Assembly: GCA_030693145.1 (NCBI GenBank)
Contig: JAUYBI010000068.1
Location: forward strand, 16,374 to 80,373
Direction of reading: 5' to 3'
From: Candidatus Omnitrophota bacterium
GTDB taxonomy: Bacteria > Omnitrophota > Gorgyraeia > Gygaellales > Profunditerraquicolaceae
DNA: 64,000 nt
Shown one piece after another: positions 42,696 to 52,014 of this stretch; position 1 is the stretch's first letter; each line of letters begins with the position of its first letter. Under the pieces are notes generated by a model that made no database searches, had not been told where the DNA came from, and was given only the letters and a program-made list of their open reading frames with translations. A program made the position numbers and the translations under genes.

Positions 42696-45600
42696 TTATT
42701 TAAATTCAAACCAGCTCTGCACAACAGGTTTCTTATTCTGGTCTTCAATCAACTTTTTATTAATTTCCATGGCCGCTTTTAACTCTTCAGACTTATTCTT
42801 AATGTAAGTTATATCATTATTTTTATCTTTGGAAACTTCATAAAGTTTTTCAAGGTTAATCCCTTTTGTCCCGCCGATATCCTCAATCTGCTTGCTTATC
42901 GCCTCCAGCTGTTTAAAAGCGCTGGCCAGATCATCTACCGCGTTCTTGGTATCTCCGAGTTTACCGGCAATATCTTTACTAATCTTAGTCAATAGTTTAT
43001 CCATATCATTAAACTGTAAACCTATTGTTTCAGCAACATTCTTTAATCCGCTTATACCGGAGGTTGAACCTAAAACCGCAGAAACCTGCCCGGAAACATC
43101 CTCTAAATTAGATTGAGTCACCGTCATCACCAAAGCATCAACAGTACCATTGGTAGACTCGGAACAAATCACAGTAAAAGTGCCTAAGCCCCAACTGGCT
43201 AAAAATGTAACATTATATTCATAAATACCTGCAGCGCCTATCTCTGTCATTCCTTTGTTTGAAAGAAGCAGGACGTCCTTAGGGCTGTAAATGTTTAAAA
43301 CAGGAGCTAAGCCGGTAACAGTACGGTAACGTATGGTCATCTTTCCACCCTGTTTAATCGTCGTTTCGCTGTTAAGAATCCCCGAGGTTATATGCGGCTT
43401 AATCTTGGTAGCAATGTTATCCGTTATCGCTGTTTGTGCTGTGGTTATCTGCGCAGGTATGGCGGTAGTAGTAGTTAAAATCTGCCCTGCTTGAGCACTT
43501 ACTTGCGCAACCTTTGCCTGAGTAGCCGCAGCCGTAGACTCTATTTTCGACGTCAGTTGCGACCTGGTAAGAGCCCCTTCAGAGGCAACCGAAGCCGCAA
43601 TCTGCCCGGCCAGAGTATTTAAAGTTGACATTACCGAGATAGTAAAATCATTGGCCGCCGAATACGTGACATTCGTTGATAAATCGACTCCGCCGTAGAG
43701 AATAGTCATTTTGGCAAAATAATTCCTGCCCCTGACAAAACCCTTTGCCGCTACGGCATTATCAATATTAAAATAATAATTGCTGTTTGCATCAGTCACA
43801 GCCAATGAAGCGGTATATTTAGGATTAACCGCGTCGGAACTATCGAAGATCTTCAAAGTGCTGGTTTTTAGAGTATTTATGTCATCGCTGGTAATCTGCT
43901 TACCTCTTTTCTCCAGCCGCACCAAGCCAGTTATCCGGTCATTAGCTTCATCGTAGACAAAGTTACTTAATACTTTGTAATCCGCCAGAGATTCAGCAGT
44001 GGACATAAGAAACACGGTCCAGCTAATATTATTGTCGTACGCGCCATCAACCGCATCCGCGGAGACATTCGCAGTCTTATCAACTGTACTCTCTACGTAT
44101 GCGGTTTTATTAAAATTAAAACTATAATTTCCGTAAGGCAAATTAAACGAAAATGGGCTATTACCGATTATCGGGTTGGTAAGGCCGGTGACTAATTGTC
44201 CGGTGTTTGAATCAATAATCTTAAGCGTAAGTTCGGTCAATGGGCTGCCATTTACCGAATCAAATGCTTTCATTGTAATCGCATATTTTTCTACTACGGT
44301 TACATTATTAGATGCGCCGCTGGCGGTAACTCCAGCGGCAGTGGCATTTAAGGTAACTATCCCCGGATAAACTGCGCAATACACCGCAAGATTATCAAAA
44401 GTCGCTATACCGGATACCGTTGCCACTTGAGCAGTTGCTCCCGCTCTCAAAGTGCCTCCAGTAGGGGCAACCGTTAGATTAATTGCGCTGGGAGCGATAT
44501 TTCCATAAGTATCAACTACACTCACTTTAAACGAAGACCACGGCGCGTTAGCCACCACTGTAGCCACCGGTTGAGTATTCCAAGAAAGTTTACTTGCAGC
44601 GCCGCCGGTAACTACCACAGCTAAGGCATCTGCATCTGGAGTGGTAATTACAGCATCTGAGGTCTTTGTTTTAATAGCCGCGCTTTCAGCTTTATATAAC
44701 TTCATCGTTATAGTCGAAATGCTCTGCCCTGAGGTAAAATTCACCAGCGTAATATTTCCAAATGCTATATCTACCGCCGAATAGTTTGTGCAAGTAGGAT
44801 TATAAGTAGTGCCTCCGCTTGTCGCGGAATTGGCGCCGCTAAAGATTATCTCTTTTACACCGCTATAGTCCGTGTCTAGGTTATTGTTGATATCTGTTGC
44901 TTTAGTAGTTACAGTGCTGCTTGCTCCGGCAGCCACAATAGCGCTGTCTCCGCTAACCATAAATTTAGTAACTGTTACATCAACAACCAAAGAACTGGTT
45001 ATTGCGCCGGCAGCGGCAAATGCTGAACCGGGAGAATCTACGGTAAGGTTAGCAGTGGGGTTAACGCTAAAAGCAATGGCCTTTCCGTCTGCTCCCACAG
45101 GCAAAGTTTGATTGAGGTAAACGCTTAAAGTGTAAGTCTTGCTTTGCCCATCAGGCACAGAAGAAATTATGCTGGTGCCGGTTCCAAAAGTTAAAGCGTC
45201 ATTTGTGATTGTGCCCATTATCGAAGTGGTGCCGTCGGATATGGCGGCTCCGGCAATATAACTCTGCCAACCGCCGGTGGTATCCGTGGCAGTGTTTCTG
45301 GCAATTACAATCTGTTTAAGCTTTGTCGCGTATCCGTCTGAACCGGCATCAGTAACCTTAAAATCAAAAACCTGCAACTTCGCCGCATCAGTATAGATTA
45401 AGGAAGATATACTGGTTGGTTTGACTAACGGGCCGGTTGCGATGGCAGTATCCGCGCCAACCTTAAAGGTTATCTGATAAGAATATATATCCGGCGCCAG
45501 ATTTCCCATTGAATGCGCCTTTAAATATATGCTTTCCGGATAACTATATTTTATCCCGCTAAAAGTTGCCACGCCGTTTACTAGAACCACTGCTAGAGAA

Positions 45601-48600
45601 TCACCGCTTAATGTTCCGTTGGTAACTGGAGTATAAGTTCCGCTGGTAAGCGAAGGAAGCAAGCTAATCTGGTCAGAAACTGAGGTAACCGCATTACCAT
45701 ACTGATCAGCCACATTAACTTTTGGCTGCGCGGGTAAAGCAATATTGGTAAAAGGATTTGTAGAGGGTTGTTGAGAAAACCAGAGTTTGCCCATCGCTGC
45801 TGCTTGCATAGTAATTGAATTAGAAGCGATATTTGCTCCCGTTAAATCAGCAGCGTTTGCCGTAATCGTAGTAGATTGAGCGCGATACAAAGTAACGCTC
45901 AAAGCCGCTGACACACCGTTAGTAAAACTAACCGGGTTAGTTGGCCAGAGATCGGTCGCGGAGCCGTCAGGGGCATTGGTTAAGCCGCTTAAAACATAGC
46001 TGATAGTTTTACTTCCGGTGTAGGCTGCGCCTCCGTTTGCTCCGTCACATAAGTTATTATATAAATCCACGGCATTTAACGCCCCTAAACTAATAGCGGT
46101 GCCAACTGTAGCTCCATTAACCGTTCCGGAAAATTTCAAATGGTCTGCCGTATTATGTTTAACCACAAATCCCAAGGCCTGGGCATTAGATGTAGTCACC
46201 GGCAGAGCACTTGTCTTAATCAACACACTCTCTGCCTTATATAATTTTAAAGTAGCAGTAGCTGCGCCATTGGTAAAAGTAAGCAAAGTATCCGCGCCAA
46301 AATTTATATCATTACTAAGATTATTTGAAGAGGTTGGCGAATTACTTGAAGGCGCAAGTGATGCATTGGCTCCGGAAAATACTATTGCCACATCGCTATT
46401 TAAATTTGTCTTTACGTTATCATATGCATCATAAGCAGTAATCGTAATCGGCCGGGAACTACCTGCAGTCAATGTGGTGGTTGAGCCGGTAATTGCAAAG
46501 TGGTCAAGGCCCGCGGCAAGAATATTTATAGACGCCGAAGATGAGCTCACGTTCAAACTATCACCTGCGCTGCGCGCTGCGGTAATAGCCGGAAGCCCGA
46601 TGGCAGTATCTTTGTAATAGAAAGCCGCGCTGCTTGCGCCTGAGGCTACCGTTATACTGCTAATGCTGATGGTGCCTGCGCTATCGCTATAAAAACTCCC
46701 GGTAGCAACGTTGCTGGTAAGAAGAAATGCAGTGGCGGTTACGGCATTTGTAAGATTATCATAGGAATCCTTGATTATCGCGGAAAACGCCGTAGAAACT
46801 ACTCCGGCGTTGCTTGAGCCCGGGCCGCTTAAGACTACTTTATAAGGAACTCCGGCTAAACCGGTAGCGGTAAAATTAACCGAGGTTAATCCGGCATAGC
46901 TTACCGTCACCACATAATCACCTGTTTTATTTCCTAGAGTAAGCACTGTTTGTGCCTGGCCATTTGCGTCAGTAGTAGCTGAAGTAACTGACAATACCTG
47001 GCCCGTTGCTCCGGTAGGAACGGAAGAAATTGCAAAAGTTACGGTTTCATTCGGGATAGCCACATTACCTGCGCCAACGAGTTTAACTACCAAGGGGTCA
47101 GTTAAAATAAGGGCAACTGTTTTAGACTGGCTATCTCCGCTGATTTTATTTAACGTTGAAGGCGTAACTGCTATGCTAGTAAAGGTTATTGGCGAGCCGG
47201 TAAGCCCGGTAGAAGTTGCTGTTACTTGATATTGGCCTGCAGTATTTCCTAAAGTAAGCGTGGTCTGTGCCTGGCCGCTTGCATCAGTGGTGGCTGAAGT
47301 AACCGACAATACCTGGCCGGTTGCTCCGCCAGGCACAGAGGAAATTGCAAAAGTTACGCTTGCGCCGGAAACCGCGTTGCCATAAGCATCTTTGACAGTT
47401 ACGACAAAGGGATTGGCTAAAGCAACAGAGACTTTTCCACTTTGGCTATCCCCGCTGGCAAGACTCATATTCGCAGCGCTGGCAGAAGGCGCAGTTACGG
47501 TTACTGTCAGAGGAAATACCGCATAACTCTGCCCTACTTCGGAAACGGAAAACGAAGCGGTTTCTGCCTTGTAAGCAGTCAAGGTAGCTCCATTTGCCAG
47601 AGATACACCGCCGGGAGAAATCGGAAAATTAATTGTTGTATTATAACCAAGGGTAACGCCATTCATCGCAGGATTATTACCACCTATACTAGCTAATCCT
47701 GAAAATATAAATGTATGATTATTGATGTAATCCTTATCAATATTTTTATTAGCGTCTGTTGCTCTCACCGTGAGATTTACCGGCGAACCAGCGGCAACAC
47801 TAATCGAGGAATTTCCGGTAGCTTGCCCTACAACCTCTAAGTAAGACACAACCACGGTAATTGTGCCGGTTACCGTAGTCACCTTACTGGTATTCGCGCT
47901 CATTTGCGTAGAAACCCCCGTATCGGTTCCTATGCCTGTTTCATTTATGCCAAATGTATAAGTTTGTCCTTCTGTGGCAGTCAGTTTTCCGGGTTTCATA
48001 TAGATATAAACTGTAAACTCGATAGCCGTATTATCGGCTATCGAATACAAATCCGCAATTGAGTTACTATTCGGGGTAATGCCAAAGGTAATTGTAGAAT
48101 TGGTAATTGCCGGCCCTGTGGCTGTAGCCACCTGAGTTGCTCCCTGATACAATCCCGCCCAGGCAATATCTGTCGCGGCATTGCCGCCGGTGCCGCCTAC
48201 GGTTAGCTGAATTCTATCAATCTGCGTCGGAACCGAATCTGTGCCTGTATCTTTAACCTTAAAACTTAATACCGCGAATTTATTCGCCAATTCGCTGTTG
48301 GTAGGAGCAAGGTTAAAATTAGTTACCGGCACAGCAGCTAACTCTACCGTAGAGTCGCTGGCAGTAGAAAAAGTAATCCCGGTGGAAAATACCGGCTGAA
48401 GAGTTCCGCTCTGGGCATAAAGATAGATTACTCCGGTAGTATTATACTTTACACCGCTGAAATTCGCCTGGCCGGCTATTGCTGAAAGAGGATTAGCGGC
48501 AGCCGCTAATGTCCCCGGAGCAGCAGTATAAACTGAATTAGATGTTGAGGCATAAAGCGTTATCGGGTCAGTATCAGTTGTCTGATTACCGTAAGCATCC

Positions 48601-50000
48601 TGGATAGCCACTATCGGCTGGCTAGCCAGAACATTATTTATTGCAGCAGTAGAAGGCGGCTGTTGTTTAAAAGCCAATTTTGCCTTTGTGCCGGGGTTAA
48701 CTGTAGTTGTTCCGGTGGCAGTAGATGGCGTCATTGTGTCTCCGGCGCTTCTGGTTGCGGTAATTGTGGGCGTGCCGGTTTTAGTATCTTTGTAGTAGAA
48801 GGTTGCGTTGCTTGTGCCTGCCCCGATGGTTACGCTGGTAATTGTCGTTGTGCCTGCTGCATCGCTATAAAAGGTAACTGTGCCGGTTGAGTTAGAAGAA
48901 AGCGAGAACGTCGTAGCTAAAGTAACATTGGCGCCGGTATTGCCATAAATATCCATACCAGTAATGGTAAAAGCGCCTGAAACAGTTCCGGCAATTACCG
49001 AAACCGAACTTGAAATACTTGCCCTAGAAGCAGCTGCAGCGTTAAAAGTTATGGGCAGGGATGTGCCGGTCATCGAAGTATATGTGGCAGTAACCGTAAC
49101 ATTTTCGGATTCAGTGTCGGTTAAGGTAACCGCAGCCGCGCCGTTAGTAAAATCCACTGCTGTTAAAGAGCTCTTGTTCAGAGCAGCAGAGTCAACCACG
49201 GTTCCTCCTGTTTCAGCTTTGGTTACACTTACGCTAGTGGCAGGACTATAAACAGTAATAGTATTGCCGGCTGAATCTTTGGCAGTAATCGTTACTGTCT
49301 GATTCTGGCCTGCAATTGCCTGATAAGTCGGATGCGTTACTAAAAAATAGTCGGTGTTAGCGCTACTTAGAAGGATATCGCCAGAGGCAAATGAAAAGTA
49401 TCCATCATAACTGCCTCCGGCAAAAAGAACACCTGCGCTTGAAATAATTTGGATTGTTTTATTATCTTTTATATAGCTTACGCCTGTATTATAAATATCC
49501 AATCCTAAATAATCTGCTGATGCGGCAGCGGTAAAGCTGGTAAAAGAAAGCCCTCCGACAGTAATATATTCGCTTGCTATAAAATTAGAGGTAACATTTA
49601 AGACTAATATTTGGCCTGAACCCTCATAAGTTACCACGGTGCTTACTTTAGCAGAAGCAGTGCCGCTAATGGTGGCAGTAGTTTTAGTGGTATCCCAGAG
49701 CATACCAAAGCCCGAGGGAATTCTTATCCTTAAATCGTTAATCGCAGTAATGGCTCCGCCGGTAGAATCAGTTATGGTTATGCTGGAGATAGCCGTAGAC
49801 GCCTGGCCAACTACAAAACTCTGATTAGCAGCAGCCGAAGAAATAGTTACGTTAGGCCCGCCAAGATTAAGGTCAACAGAGACGCCTGAGCCATAGCCGT
49901 CGTAACTGCCGCCGGTGTAGTCGGCAAAGGCAACGCCTACGCAGGCAAATAACAGCGCAACCGTCAGCACTACCTTATTCAGCGTATTAAACTTCATCAT
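42696..50000 (-). CDS. Giant (2434 aa) secreted Ig-like repeat surface protein/adhesin
   Basis: Signal peptide (..VAFA), T/S/A/G-rich; Big_1/invasin-like repeats (VTVKDAYGNAVSGASVTF..TTDASGQAQTTLTLG); repeated D.YGN modules; C-terminal coiled coil ending PVVQSWFEFK. Confidence 0.85.
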   Translation of the reverse strand: MMKFNTLNKVVLTVALLFACVGVAFADYTGGSYDGYGSGVSVDLNLGGPNVTISSAAANQSFVVGQASTAISSITITDSTGGAITAINDLRIRIPSGFGMLWDTTKTTATISGTASAKVSTVVTYEGSGQILVLNVTSNFIASEYITVGGLSFTSFTAAASADYLGLDIYNTGVSYIKDNKTIQIISSAGVLFAGGSYDGYFSFASGDILLSSANTDYFLVTHPTYQAIAGQNQTVTITAKDSAGNTITVYSPATSVSVTKAETGGTVVDSAALNKSSLTAVDFTNGAAAVTLTDTESENVTVTATYTSMTGTSLPITFNAAAASRASISSSVSVIAGTVSGAFTITGMDIYGNTGANVTLATTFSLSSNSTGTVTFYSDAAGTTTITSVTIGAGTSNATFYYKDTKTGTPTITATRSAGDTMTPSTATGTTTVNPGTKAKLAFKQQPPSTAAINNVLASQPIVAIQDAYGNQTTDTDPITLYASTSNSVYTAAPGTLAAAANPLSAIAGQANFSGVKYNTTGVIYLYAQSGTLQPVFSTGITFSTASDSTVELAAVPVTNFNLAPTNSELANKFAVLSFKVKDTGTDSVPTQIDRIQLTVGGTGGNAATDIAWAGLYQGATQVATATGPAITNSTITFGITPNSNSIADLYSIADNTAIEFTVYIYMKPGKLTATEGQTYTFGINETGIGTDTGVSTQMSANTSKVTTVTGTITVVVSYLEVVGQATGNSSISVAAGSPVNLTVRATDANKNIDKDYINNHTFIFSGLASIGGNNPAMNGVTLGYNTTINFPISPGGVSLANGATLTAYKAETASFSVSEVGQSYAVFPLTVTVTAPSASAANMSLASGDSQSGKVSVALANPFVVTVKDAYGNAVSGASVTFAISSVPGGATGQVLSVTSATTDASGQAQTTLTLGNTAGQYQVTATSTGLTGSPITFTSIAVTPSTLNKISGDSQSKTVALILTDPLVVKLVGAGNVAIPNETVTFAISSVPTGATGQVLSVTSATTDANGQAQTVLTLGNKTGDYVVTVSYAGLTSVNFTATGLAGVPYKVVLSGPGSSNAGVVSTAFSAIIKDSYDNLTNAVTATAFLLTSNVATGSFYSDSAGTISISSITVASGASSAAFYYKDTAIGLPAITAARSAGDSLNVSSSSASINILAAGLDHFAITGSTTTLTAGSSRPITITAYDAYDNVKTNLNSDVAIVFSGANASLAPSSNSPTSSNNLSNDINFGADTLLTFTNGAATATLKLYKAESVLIKTSALPVTTSNAQALGFVVKHNTADHLKFSGTVNGATVGTAISLGALNAVDLYNNLCDGANGGAAYTGSKTISYVLSGLTNAPDGSATDLWPTNPVSFTNGVSAALSVTLYRAQSTTITANAADLTGANIASNSITMQAAAMGKLWFSQQPSTNPFTNIALPAQPKVNVADQYGNAVTSVSDQISLLPSLTSGTYTPVTNGTLSGDSLAVVLVNGVATFSGIKYSYPESIYLKAHSMGNLAPDIYSYQITFKVGADTAIATGPLVKPTSISSLIYTDAAKLQVFDFKVTDAGSDGYATKLKQIVIARNTATDTTGGWQSYIAGAAISDGTTSIMGTITNDALTFGTGTSIISSVPDGQSKTYTLSVYLNQTLPVGADGKAIAFSVNPTANLTVDSPGSAFAAAGAITSSLVVDVTVTKFMVSGDSAIVAAGASSTVTTKATDINNNLDTDYSGVKEIIFSGANSATSGGTTYNPTCTNYSAVDIAFGNITLVNFTSGQSISTITMKLYKAESAAIKTKTSDAVITTPDADALAVVVTGGAASKLSWNTQPVATVVANAPWSSFKVSVVDTYGNIAPSAINLTVAPTGGTLRAGATAQVATVSGIATFDNLAVYCAVYPGIVTLNATAAGVTASGASNNVTVVEKYAITMKAFDSVNGSPLTELTLKIIDSNTGQLVTGLTNPIIGNSPFSFNLPYGNYSFNFNKTAYVESTVDKTANVSADAVDGAYDNNISWTVFLMSTAESLADYKVLSNFVYDEANDRITGLVRLEKRGKQITSDDINTLKTSTLKIFDSSDAVNPKYTASLAVTDANSNYYFNIDNAVAAKGFVRGRNYFAKMTILYGGVDLSTNVTYSAANDFTISVMSTLNTLAGQIAASVASEGALTRSQLTSKIESTAAATQAKVAQVSAQAGQILTTTTAIPAQITTAQTAITDNIATKIKPHITSGILNSETTIKQGGKMTIRYRTVTGLAPVLNIYSPKDVLLLSNKGMTEIGAAGIYEYNVTFLASWGLGTFTVICSESTNGTVDALVMTVTQSNLEDVSGQVSAVLGSTSGISGLKNVAETIGLQFNDMDKLLTKISKDIAGKLGDTKNAVDDLASAFKQLEAISKQIEDIGGTKGINLEKLYEVSKDKNNDITYIKNKSEELKAAMEINKKLIEDQNKKPVVQSWFEFK

Positions 50001-50012
50001 CCACCTCTGCAG

Positions 50013-51074
50013 TTAATTGGTTAATAAATTTTGCGCCAGATAACCGATACTGCTTTTTTTCCTGGCTAACTCCTTAAAGATACTTCTGCGTAAAGTTGCG
50101 GTGTTAGCGTATTTACTGTGCGCTGCCCAGCAACGCAGAGAGTCCCTGACCGCGGCCTTTGTAATTTTGCCGCTGGCAAATAAAAAGTCAAATTTATTGA
50201 GCTGTTTTTTAAAACGTTTCACATTATCGGAAGTAAGCCGGCGATACCCGGAGAACAGCCTAAAGCCCAAAAACTTTATGCCCTCAGACGCAGAATAAAT
50301 CTGCGATTTATCTTGGTGCAGTCGAAGCTCTAAACTGGCGTGCAAAAAATTTCTTATTCTTTCTTTAATCTCAACCAGCCTTATTTTTTCATTGCTAAAA
50401 ATTAAAAAATCATCCATATAGCGCAGATAATACCTTATTCTCAAATCAAATTTTATAAAATAATCCAATTCGTTTAAATAAAGGTTGGCAAAAAACTGGC
50501 TGGTGAGATTACCGATGGGTAAACCTACGCCTAACTGCAGACAGGCAGGCAATGACCTAGCCGAATCAACAATCTCATCCAAAAGCCAGAGGGCGTCTTT
50601 ATCCTCAATCCTCATTCTTAAAATCCCCTTAATGATCCGGTGGTTGATGGAAGGAAAATATTGTTTGATGTCGCCGTGAAAACAAAATTTATTCGCCCGT
50701 AAAAATCCCTGCGCCCTGTCCACCGCCTTATGCGTTCCCTTGTCTTTCCGGCAGGCGTAAGAATCGTAAATAAAAGTCTTATCGATTATCGGCTCAATAA
50801 CATCGTGCACCGCGTGATGCACAACCCTGTCCTTAAAAGGTGCTGCGGCGATATTGCGTTCTTTCGGGTCATAAATTTTAAATAAACGGTATTTCCCATG
50901 GCGATAGGTTTTGCGAAGCAATTCTTTATGCAGAAGGTCAATCTTTTCCTCAAGAAAAAAATTAAAATCCGCCGTTGAATCCCTGTATCGCCTGCCTTTT
51001 GAGGCCATAAAGGCCGAGTGATAAAGATTTTCTTTTGATATTATTTTAGGATAAATATTGTTTATCTTCACCAT
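50013..51074 (-). CDS. DGR reverse transcriptase
   Basis: PKER.I, FKDRVVHHA, SYACR..KGTH, DIKQYFPSI, GLPIGNLTSQFFANLYL (DGR-type GxxxSQ), RYMDD, FLG; no maturase or endonuclease extension. Confidence 0.96.
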   Translation of the reverse strand: MVKINNIYPKIISKENLYHSAFMASKGRRYRDSTADFNFFLEEKIDLLHKELLRKTYRHGKYRLFKIYDPKERNIAAAPFKDRVVHHAVHDVIEPIIDKTFIYDSYACRKDKGTHKAVDRAQGFLRANKFCFHGDIKQYFPSINHRIIKGILRMRIEDKDALWLLDEIVDSARSLPACLQLGVGLPIGNLTSQFFANLYLNELDYFIKFDLRIRYYLRYMDDFLIFSNEKIRLVEIKERIRNFLHASLELRLHQDKSQIYSASEGIKFLGFRLFSGYRRLTSDNVKRFKKQLNKFDFLFASGKITKAAVRDSLRCWAAHSKYANTATLRRSIFKELARKKSSIGYLAQNLLTN

Positions 51075-51096
51075 ATTTTCCTCGTCATTGCGTTAT

Positions 51097-51124
51097 AGTA
51101 GCGGACGTTTAAACGTCCGCTACT
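51097..51124. repeat. Perfect 28-bp GTAG-type palindrome in the TR-RT spacer
   Basis: agtagcggacgttt|aaacgtccgctact. Confidence 0.85.
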
Positions 51125-51142
51125 GGATTCGTGTAAAACTAA

Positions 51143-51270
51143 AGAGGTTTTGACGGCACGGCCGCCGTTATTGTTGTTCCGATTCGCATTCGTGTTCGCC
51201 GCGTTGTTGCGGTCAGAGGCGCGAGCGTTCGTCGCAGCATTGTTCCAATTGCCGCCGCGATTGCCAGCAC
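51143..51270 (-). ncRNA. DGR template repeat (TR)
   Basis: 128-bp ungapped match to 52008-52135; 17 mismatches, all at TR adenines on the minus strand; 14 AAY codons in the target frame. Confidence 0.96.
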
Positions 51271-51375
51271 AACACTTTTACGACGCTGAACCATTTTTTA
51301 AAACCATATCGGGTAGAAACTTACTTCACAACAGGCCTCCGCCCGATATTACTGCGTGTTTTCCCTCCACCTTGT

Positions 51376-51424
51376 GTCATTCCCGCGCATGCGGGAATCT
51401 GATCCCCGCTTTCGCGGGGATGAC
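51376..51424. repeat. REP-like family B between avd and TR
   Basis: gtcattcccgcgcatgcgggaatctgatccccgctttcgcggggatgac. Confidence 0.8.
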
Positions 51425-51516
51425 GTATAGCGGAGGATGGAAATAGCGTCTGAACCTCTCCAGTTCTAGTTCCGCTCCCGGGGTCCGTAGGCCGCGGGAT
51501 TCTGGAATATATGTCC

Positions 51517-51855
51517 TCAAAGAACAGACATCTTAAGCCAACCGCCAACCATTTTTCCGATTTCAATGGCTGATTGGCAGAAAAAATCATAAGCATTGAT
51601 ATTAACGTACTTCATATCTTTGGCGATTCGCATCATAAAACGTAAAACATCTAATTTCAGATTAATCTTTATTAAGATCTCTCTTTTCTGCTTGGAATAA
51701 TTGGCTTCGATCAGCATTTCCAATATATCCAGCAGGATCCTCTCGATCCTGTCTGCCAGTAAAAATTTCTGATCCTTGGGGAAATTTGCCATTTTGGGCA
51801 GCATCCAGAGGATCAATTTGTAATGCTTTTCCACTACCGGTGTTACTGTTTTCAT
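51517..51855 (-). CDS. avd: DGR accessory variability determinant
   Basis: 112-aa basic four-helix-bundle type, FPK..KF.LADRI, EIGKMVGGW; lies between target and TR. Confidence 0.93.
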   Translation of the reverse strand: MKTVTPVVEKHYKLILWMLPKMANFPKDQKFLLADRIERILLDILEMLIEANYSKQKREILIKINLKLDVLRFMMRIAKDMKYVNINAYDFFCQSAIEIGKMVGGWLKMSVL

Positions 51856-51875
51856 CTTACAGCCTCATTCCATCC

Positions 51876-51952
51876 GTCATTCCCGTGATCCCTGTCATTC
51901 CCGCGGAAGCGGGAATCTACTTCTTTTAGATCCCCACTTCCGTAGGGATAAC
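51876..51952. repeat. REP-like family B (with a partial duplicate) between target and avd
   Basis: gtcattcccg..gtcattcccgcggaagcgggaatc..gatccccacttccgtagggataac. Confidence 0.78.
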
Positions 51953-51995
51953 AACTTACAAATCCTCAAAAGAACAAATAACCAAAGTTCTACAA

Positions 51996-52014
51996 AACCT
52001 CTTATGGAGAGGTT
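51996..52014. other. Hairpin at the VR 3' end, candidate DGR target-recognition stem-loop
   Basis: aacctct-tatgg-agaggtt (7-bp stem, 5-nt loop) spanning the target stop codon; the TR flank lacks it. Confidence 0.55.

Noticed and set aside
42696-50000. Second VR in the giant protein or elsewhere in the window
   Set aside because: No further TR-like sequence found by eye; remote targets outside the window remain possible
50013-51074. RT as a group II intron, retron or CRISPR-associated RT
   Set aside because: It is short, lacks maturase and endonuclease domains, has the DGR-type SQ motif, and has avd plus TR/VR adjacent; no cas genes or msr-msd are evident
51150-51596. ORF-track ORFs 51150-51446 (+) and 51321-51596 (-)
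   Set aside because: They overlap TR, a REP element and avd; these are shadow frames over non-coding DGR RNA
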